A stretch of DNA of 64,000 nt from an uncultured Flavobacteriia bacterium (GTDB lineage Bacteria > Bacteroidota > Bacteroidia > Flavobacteriales_D > Crocinitomicaceae): the NCBI GenBank assembly GCA_903873915.1, contig CAIQQH010000100.1, positions 17,759 through 81,758 on the forward strand, given 5' to 3'. Shown here piece after piece: positions 62,394-64,000 of this stretch. The position numbers and the translations under genes are program-made. Under the pieces are notes generated by a model, which saw only the letters and a program-made list of their open reading frames with translations, had not been told where the DNA came from and searched no databases. The number at the start of each line of letters is the position of its first letter. Positions within the stretch are counted from its first letter, which is position 1.

Positions 62394-64000
62394 CAACATA
62401 AACCCGATGCACTCGCTTCGAAATACTGGTCATCACCTCGTAGGGAATGGTCTCCATGGCAGCAGCGAACTGAACAATATTCTGTTTCTTGCCGATGATT
62501 TCGACAAGGTCGCCTTCCTTGACATGCAAGCCGCTCACATCCACCATGATCATGTCCATGCATACGCGTCCAACAGTCGGACAAAAAGTTTCATGGATGT
62601 AAACACCGCCTTTTCCATTACCTAAACTTCGGCGGAATCCATCGGCATAACCTACCGGAATTACGGCGATGCTCATCGGCTCAGTGGCAATAAACGACCG
62701 CGAATATCCCACACTCTCCCCCTTGTGAATTTGCTTGACTTGGGAAATCGCACTGCACCAACGTAATGCGGGTTGTAGTTTTTTAGCAAAGGTGCTATTG
62801 CCTGAAATGCCATACATCCCGATGCCCAAGCGCACCATCTCAAATTGTGCATTCGGGAAATTGGCTGCCCCTTCAGAATTTAAAATGTGGCGGTCAAAAT
62901 GGTAGTTCAAGTGCCGCGCTAAAAGCTGTGATGCCTGATGAAAATGCTTAATCTGATGCTCGGTAAAACGTTTGTCTCTTCGGTTGTCGGCATCGGCAAG
63001 ATGGGAATAAACGGTCTTGATATGTACTTCTGGTTGGGCCTTTAGCTGTGCACACAAGCTTTCGATTTCACCCAACTCAAAACCCAAACGCTTCATGCCG
63101 GTATCAATTTTTATGTGAATCGGATAATCGGAACGGCCGTGGTCTATGAGTGTGCGGATAAATGCATCCAATTGATGGAAGGAATACACCGCTGGCTCCA
63201 ATTGGTATTGGATGCAATCGTCGAATCCCTCCTCTTCAGCGTTCATCACCAAGATCGGTAGAGTGATACCTTGCTTTCGCAGTTCAACTCCCTCATCAGC
63301 ATAGGCCACGCCGAGGGCATTGACGCCCTGTTGCTCTAAAAATGCCGCCATTTTCTCTACCCCTGATCCATAGGATTGGGCTTTGACCATGGCCAAGACT
63401 TTTGTGTCGGGATGCAGCATGGACTTGTATTGCATGACATTGTGACGCACAGCGCTCAAGTCAATCTCAACAAACGTTTTATGGTTTCTCAAACGAAACT
63501 GCTTGGCCAATCGTTGCATGTCCGCTTGACGTGTACCTTTAATTAAGATGACTGCATTGGAATAGGTTTCGTGCAAGGTCTCGTCCTTTTTCAACACGAC
63601 AAAATGGTCCGGCGCGTATGCTTCAATGACCTTTATAAGCTCCGCTTTTCGAAAGGCATTGTCCTCATCTAAACCAACGATGACCACCCGTTGACGGTCG
63701 CCCGCGATACGTAATTGATAATCCAGTGAATGCGTCAAGGCATCCAAGTCCAAGTTGTAGGTGTCGTTGATGACTGTATTGTCATTGATGCCATCGAAAA
63801 TTTCCATGCGCATGGCCAAACGTGGTAGCGTGGAAATCCGCTGTGCGAGCGCAGAAAAGTCCGAAGTAAAGGCCTTTGAAACTCCCAAAGCAATCAAGGC
63901 ATTCGTTTGCGCAACGACATCTGACCATGGCAGCTCGGCCAACTCCTTTTTAAAGGATTGAACCGACAATACTTCGCCGCGAATGGATGTCAAGTCAGCG
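62389..64000 (-). CDS. Bifunctional UDP-N-acetylmuramoyl-tripeptide--D-alanyl-D-alanine ligase / alanine racemase (5'-partial; the N-terminus lies beyond the window)
   Basis: C-terminal ~370 aa are alanine racemase (FVEIDLSAVRHNV...VLAMVKAQSYGSG PLP-Lys motif ...YADGF...VCMD). The upstream part resembles the Mur-ligase C-terminal domain. The frame is open to the window edge. This fusion is typical of Bacteroidota. Confidence 0.8.
   Translation of the reverse strand, partial: ADLTSIRGEVLSVQSFKKELAELPWSDVVAQTNALIALGVSKAFTSDFSALAQRISTLPRLAMRMEIFDGINDNTVINDTYNLDLDALTHSLDYQLRIAGDRQRVVIVGLDEDNAFRKAELIKVIEAYAPDHFVVLKKDETLHETYSNAVILIKGTRQADMQRLAKQFRLRNHKTFVEIDLSAVRHNVMQYKSMLHPDTKVLAMVKAQSYGSGVEKMAAFLEQQGVNALGVAYADEGVELRKQGITLPILVMNAEEEGFDDCIQYQLEPAVYSFHQLDAFIRTLIDHGRSDYPIHIKIDTGMKRLGFELGEIESLCAQLKAQPEVHIKTVYSHLADADNRRDKRFTEHQIKHFHQASQLLARHLNYHFDRHILNSEGAANFPNAQFEMVRLGIGMYGISGNSTFAKKLQPALRWCSAISQVKQIHKGESVGYSRSFIATEPMSIAVIPVGYADGFRRSLGNGKGGVYIHETFCPTVGRVCMDMIMVDVSGLHVKEGDLVEIIGKKQNIVQFAAAMETIPYEVMTSISKRVHRVYVD

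Overview
This 64-kb window looks like an ordinary, gene-dense chromosomal segment from a Bacteroidota (Flavobacteriales-like) genome. The phylum call rests on three type IX secretion (T9SS) cargo proteins, a PorP/SprF gene, a fused MurF-alanine racemase, a DUF4270-glmS neighbourhood, and TAnnTTTG -7 promoter boxes upstream of many genes. I annotate about 56 protein-coding genes. I found no rRNA, tRNA, CRISPR array, transposase, integrase or phage genes.

Content, in order:
- SprB-repeat adhesin plus PorP/SprF
- rfaE2, panD, panC
- short glycogen-synthase-like gene, DUF4270, glmS
- ATL/MGMT-like gene
- carotenoid operon: SDR, DUF422, crtZ, fused lycopene cyclase
- DUF255 thioredoxin-domain protein and an AsmA-like protein
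- PfkB kinase and DUF349
- signalling cluster: 2 histidine kinases, 3 response regulators, and one AT-rich orphan membrane gene
- VWA protein
- membrane pyrophosphatase and trxA
- LTA-synthase-like sulfatase, GT9 heptosyltransferase, thioesterase, lipB
- beta-lactamase-like hydrolase
- MerR regulator with a B12-binding-like domain
- Mrp/NifU
- GT-C-like membrane protein plus three lipocalin-like lipoproteins
- Mn-SOD
- amidohydrolase pair
- cytochrome c, hflX
- M20 dipeptidase, LEA_2 lipoprotein, murF-alr

I could not identify a convincing novel multi-gene system; there are no defence-island or mobile-element hallmarks. The most unusual items are:
1. A ~126-aa Cys/Met/His-rich tail fused in frame to the pyrophosphatase.
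2. A 319-bp intergenic region made almost entirely of nested repeats: inverted heptamer arrays flanking three 36-bp tandem units.
3. An exact 25-nt palindrome-containing repeat present in two convergent intergenic gaps.
4. An AT-rich orphan membrane gene between two two-component modules.
5. A histidine kinase with a ~100-aa insertion in its dimerisation hairpin.

All family calls come from motif recognition by eye. No similarity search was run.
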